Shown one piece after another: positions 60,140-64,000 of a DNA stretch of 64,000 bases (the stretch's first letter is position 1; every line of letters begins with the position of its first letter). The stretch is from Vicinamibacteria bacterium. GTDB lineage: Bacteria > Acidobacteriota > Vicinamibacteria > Vicinamibacterales > JAENWD01. The position numbers were made by a program, and so were the translations under genes. The stretch is from assembly GCA_963743245.1 (NCBI GenBank), contig CAVUPP010000013.1, positions 406,943-470,942 of the forward strand, in the 5' to 3' direction. The notes under the pieces are model-generated. The model searched no databases. It was not told where the DNA came from and saw only the letters and a program-made list of their open reading frames with translations.

Positions 60140-61562
60140 TCAGTGCTCTTCCTTGACTGCCGCCTCCGGCACGATCGTCCGCATCTCGAAGATCGAAATC
60201 ATCGGCACGAACCGTACGAAGAGGAAGATGAGCGACGCGAACATGCCCAGGGTACCGACATACGTGGCCCAGTCCCAGACCGTGCCCGCGTACGCGCCCC
60301 ACGACGAGGGCAGGAAGTCGCGGTTCAGACTGGTGACGACGATGACGTAACGCTCCAGCCACATGCCGGTGTTCACGACGAGCGAAATCAGGAAGAGCAG
60401 CGGAATGTTCGTGCGGACCTTCTTGAACCACAGCGTCTGCGGCATGACGCCGTTGCAGAAGATGAGTGTCCAGTACGCCCACCAGTACGGCCCGAACATC
60501 CGGTTGTGGATCATGAAGCCTTCGTATTCGTTCGCCGCGTACCAGCCGAAGAACGCTTCGGTCGCGTACCCGTAGAACACGATGAGGCCTGTCACCAACA
60601 TGATCTTTGCCATGTTCTGGATGTGACGCATCGTGACGAAACCCTCGAGGCCGTAATAGGCCCGGATGGGAATCACGAGCGTCAGCACCATGGCAAAGCC
60701 CGAATAGATCGCGCCGGCGACGAAGTAGGGCGGGAAGATCGTCGAGTGCCAGCCGGGAACAACCGCCACCGCGAAGTCGAAGCTCACGACAGTGTGCACC
60801 GACAGCACGAGCGGCGTCGCCAGGCCCGCCAGCAGCAGCGAGGCCGTCTCGTAGCGCTGCCAGTGCATCGCGGAGCCTCGCCATCCGAGAGCGACGATGC
60901 CAAAGATCCGGCGCACGAAGAGCGACTTGGCCTTGTCCCGCATCGTGGCGAGGTCGGGCACGAGACCCACGTACCAGAAGAGCAACGACACCGTGCCGTA
61001 GGTCGACACCGCAAACACGTCCCAGATGAGAGGACTGCGGAAGTTTGGCCACAGGCGTCATCGAGTTCGGGTACGGGAACAGCCAATAGGCCACCCAGGG
61101 CCGGCCTGTATGGAACACCGGGAACATGCCGGCGCACGCCACCGCGAACAGCGTCATCGCCTCCGCGAAGCGCGCGATCGACATGCGCCAGCGCTGCCGG
61201 AACAGCAGCAGGATGGCCGAGATGAGCGTGCCCGCGTGGCCGATACCGATCCACCAGACGAAATTGATGATCGCGAAGCCCCAGCCGACGGGGATGTTCA
61301 CGCCCCAGATCCCGACGCCCTTCATCACCAGCACGCTGATGGCGAAGAGGAAGAGATTCATCCCGGCGAAGGCGATCAGGAAGCCGAGCAGCCATCCGAG
61401 CTGGACGCCCGGGCGCAAGACGATGGTCGAGACCTTCTCGGTGACCGACGACAGGTTGTGCCCCGGCTCGAGCACCTGCGCGATGGACGCCGCACGCGTG
61501 GTCGCGGCGGGCACCATCCGCGGCGGTGTGCCGGGTGTCTCGGTGGGATGCGGTTGCGCCAT
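60140..61562 (-). CDS. actC: Alternative complex III subunit C (NrfD/polysulfide reductase; frameshift near 61050)
   Basis: [62 protein letters not shown]. Confidence 0.93.
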
Positions 61563-61580
61563 GGTCTCTCGTATCCGCGA

Positions 61581-64000
61581 TCAGTAGTGCTTGCTGCTGT
61601 TCTTTTCCGACAAGTCGGCCGGGGGAACCGTCGGCAGACCCGTCGGTCCCGGCGCCTCGTGACCCTCGTGCAGCCGTTCGGGCCCGATGGCCGGGTTCGG
61701 GTTCTTGATCGCCGCGAGGTACGTTGTCCGCGGACGCGTATTGAGCTCGGCGAGCACGCCGTAGGTATGCGACTCGGCGCGCAGCTTCGACACGCGGCTC
61801 TCCGGGTCGTTGATGTTGCCGAACACGATCGCGTCGGTCGGGCACGCGGCCTGACACGCCGTGACGATCTCGCCATCGCGGATCGTCCGGTCCCTGTACC
61901 TTCGAGTCCTGCCGCGCGCGGTTGATGCGCTGCACGCAGTAGGTGCACTTCTCCATGACGCCGCGGCTCCGGACGGTCACGTCAGGGTTGTGCACGAGCT
62001 TCAGACTCGGCGTGTCGAAGTCCGAATAGAGAAGGAAGTTGAAGCGCCGCACCTTGTAGGGACAGTTGTTCGAGCAGTACCGGGTCCCCACGCACCGGTT
62101 GTAGGTCATCTCGTTCAGACCTTCCGGGCTGTGCGTCGTCGCCGCCACCGGACACACCACCTCGCACGGCGCGTTCTCGCAGTGCTGGCAGAGCATCGGC
62201 TGGTGGTGGATGCCGGGGTTGTCCGGATCTCCGTCGAAGTACCGGTCGATCCGCAGCCACTGCATCTCGCGGCCGCGCAGCACCTGATCCTTTCCGATCA
62301 CAGGTGTGTTGTTCTCCGCCACGCATGCGACCACGCAGGCCGAGCAGCCGGTGCAGACCGACTGATCGATCGAGAGGCCCCACGAGTAGCCTTCGTACTT
62401 GTGGTCTTCGTTGTTGTACAGCGTGAGCGACGGTGGGGGCGCCTCGCCGAGGTGCTGCGCGAATTCCGGGTCGGCCTTGAAGTCCGCGATCGTCCCGGTT
62501 CGGACGATGGCGCGGCCTTCCATCGAATGGTGGCCCTGGGTGACGGCGAGCGGCAACCGATCGCCGGTCTTTCGCAGCACGGCGCCCGATCCGATCCACG
62601 GCGCACTCGACGTGCGGATCGCGTACGCGTTGAATCCGACGCCGTTGGCCACACGGCCCGCACGCGCACGTCCGTACCCGAGATGCACGGTCACGGCGTC
62701 CGCGGCGTGACCCGGCTGTACGAGGACAGGCGCGTTGACCGTGCGGCCGTCGTACGAGATCTCGACCATGTCTTCGGTGTCGAGGCCGAGACGCCTGGCG
62801 GTCGCCGGCGACAGGATGGCGGCGTTGTCCCACGTGAGCTTCGTGAGCGGCCGCGGCAGTTCCTGCAGCCAGCCCACGTTGGAGAAACGGCCGTCGTACA
62901 CCGCAGTGTCGGGCGCGAACACGATCTCGAGAGCGTTGGCCTTCGCGGGCAGCGGTGGCGGCGGCGGCACGGTACCCGTGGCCGTCACGGCGTGTTCGGG
63001 CCATGCCGTGCCGGCGACAATGCCGTCGTGCAGGCACTTGCGCCAGAACTTCTCGAAGTCGTGACCGGCGGCCTGCGGCTGCGCCTTCCAGTACTCACGA
63101 ATGGCGTCGTGCGCCGAACGCTCCGGCCGCTTGGTGAACACCGTCACGACATCGTGGGCGGAGTGGCCGCGGTAGAGCGGCTCCACGAGCGGCTGTACGA
63201 TCGCGGCGCTTCCGTCGAACGCCCTCGCGTCGCTCCAATGCTCGAGATAGTGCGTCTCGTTGACGTGCCACTGACAGAGCGCCGACGTTTCGTCGTCGTA
63301 GAGCGAGAGATGTGCGCGAACCGGCACTTTCTTCAACGCATCCGCGAACTTCAGATCCGCGGGGGCGGTGTAGACGGGATTGCCGCCGAGGATCACGAGC
63401 AGCTGCACCAGGCCGCCGTTCATGTCGGCGACGAGGTCGCGCAGCGACTGCGTTTGATCGGCCGTCGTTCCCGCCGGGACCTCAGCGTGCACGACCGTCG
63501 CACCCGTGTTGCCCAGCGTGTGATTGATCGCGTGGACGATGGCGTGCACGCCGGCGGGCTGTGCGGATCCGGCCACCACGATCGACTGACCACGGTGCGC
63601 GGCGAGGTCGGCGGCAGCGGCCGCCACCCATTTGTCGAGGTCCGGATTACCCGTTCCGGCGCCGCTTGATCCCGAGACGGCGGCAGACAACGCACGCGCC
63701 ACAGCATCGATCTGACCGGCGCGCGCCGGCACACGATGATCCGCCAGCGCACCGGTTGGCGTCGTCATCGACTCCGCGACGTACAGGCGGTTCATCTCGG
63801 CCTTCGCTTTGCGGACGCGGCGTCCGTTGGCAAAGTCCCGCGCATAGCGAACGCTCCCTGCGCCCGATCCAAACACGTCGGCATCCAGCGAGACGACGAC
63901 CTGGGCGCGCTCGAAGCGATAGTGCGTGCGCACCGGCGAGCCGAACGCGATCGCGGCACCGGCCAGCACGTGATCGTCGTTGACCGGTTCGTACTGGTGC
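61581..64000 (-). CDS. actB: Alternative complex III subunit B (molybdopterin-oxidoreductase-like plus Fe-S domain), 5' end outside the window; frameshift near 61890
   Basis: [64 protein letters not shown]; tail FGNIND...ELNTRP. Confidence 0.93.

Noticed and set aside
59364-61562. ActC-ActD fusion (732-aa ORF)
   Set aside because: Produced by frameshifts: the middle is off-frame while the true ActC C-half lies in ORF 60140-61018
57257-61900. Pseudogenised ACIII or programmed frameshifting
   Set aside because: Catalytic and cofactor motifs are intact, I saw no nonsense mutations or consistent slippery sites, and similar indels occur in unrelated genes; sequencing error is simpler
4254-63954. 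HIP1 octamer GCGATCGC (12 copies spotted by eye, e.g. 4254, 4661, 7589, 17235, 29842, 39191)
   Set aside because: All lie in coding regions and are plausibly explained by GCG-ATC-GCN codon usage and generally frequent CGATCG; a Markov-model test on the genome would be needed to claim enrichment
1-64000. tRNA/rRNA genes, IS elements, integrases, prophage or recognised defence systems
   Set aside because: None recognisable; nearly all sequence is accounted for by protein genes and short spacers

Overview
High-GC (roughly two-thirds G+C by eye), gene-dense bacterial chromosomal segment with about 53 protein genes. I saw no tRNA, rRNA, CRISPR array, transposase or prophage. Two ADOP-type duplicated permeases, an alternative complex III (ACIII)-caa3 oxidase operon and the style of the intergenic repeats suggest Acidobacteriota, probably Vicinamibacteria (inference). 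Left to right: end of an MFS gene; NUDIX, DUF4184 and TPR genes; a TetR-controlled YbhGFSR-like ABC/TolC exporter; a long minus-strand run (geranylgeranyl-reductase-like, PIG-L/NEW3, FAD oxidoreductase, purKE, sodium:solute symporter plus a 38-aa microprotein, ArgH-like lyase, M61 peptidase, RidA); ADOP 1; a GH55-like/SMP-30 protein; O-methyltransferase; Tat TIM-barrel protein; a PQQ dehydrogenase with the lanthanide-type D-x-D motif plus cytochrome c; S9 peptidase; xth; ADOP 2; M20, YkgJ/FliB-like, TrxC, M1, amidase, ICMT-like and Gfo/Idh/MocA genes; udgX; an orphan RnfD/NqrB-like plus DUF2330 pair; DUF411; AsmA; and actB-F/SCO/ctaCDEF. About 17 genes carry small indels, most likely long-read consensus errors. 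Best candidates for something undescribed: (1) the RnfD/NqrB-like membrane protein lacking the FMN site, paired with a secreted CxxC DUF2330 protein; (2) the minimal lanthanide-type PQQ dehydrogenase-cytochrome c module; (3) a shared G(G/A)AAC-N17-CGTC ECF-type promoter upstream of both ADOP genes; (4) several families of intergenic heptamer arrays and palindromes, together with a leaderless-promoter signature. All family names come from motif recognition, not database searches.
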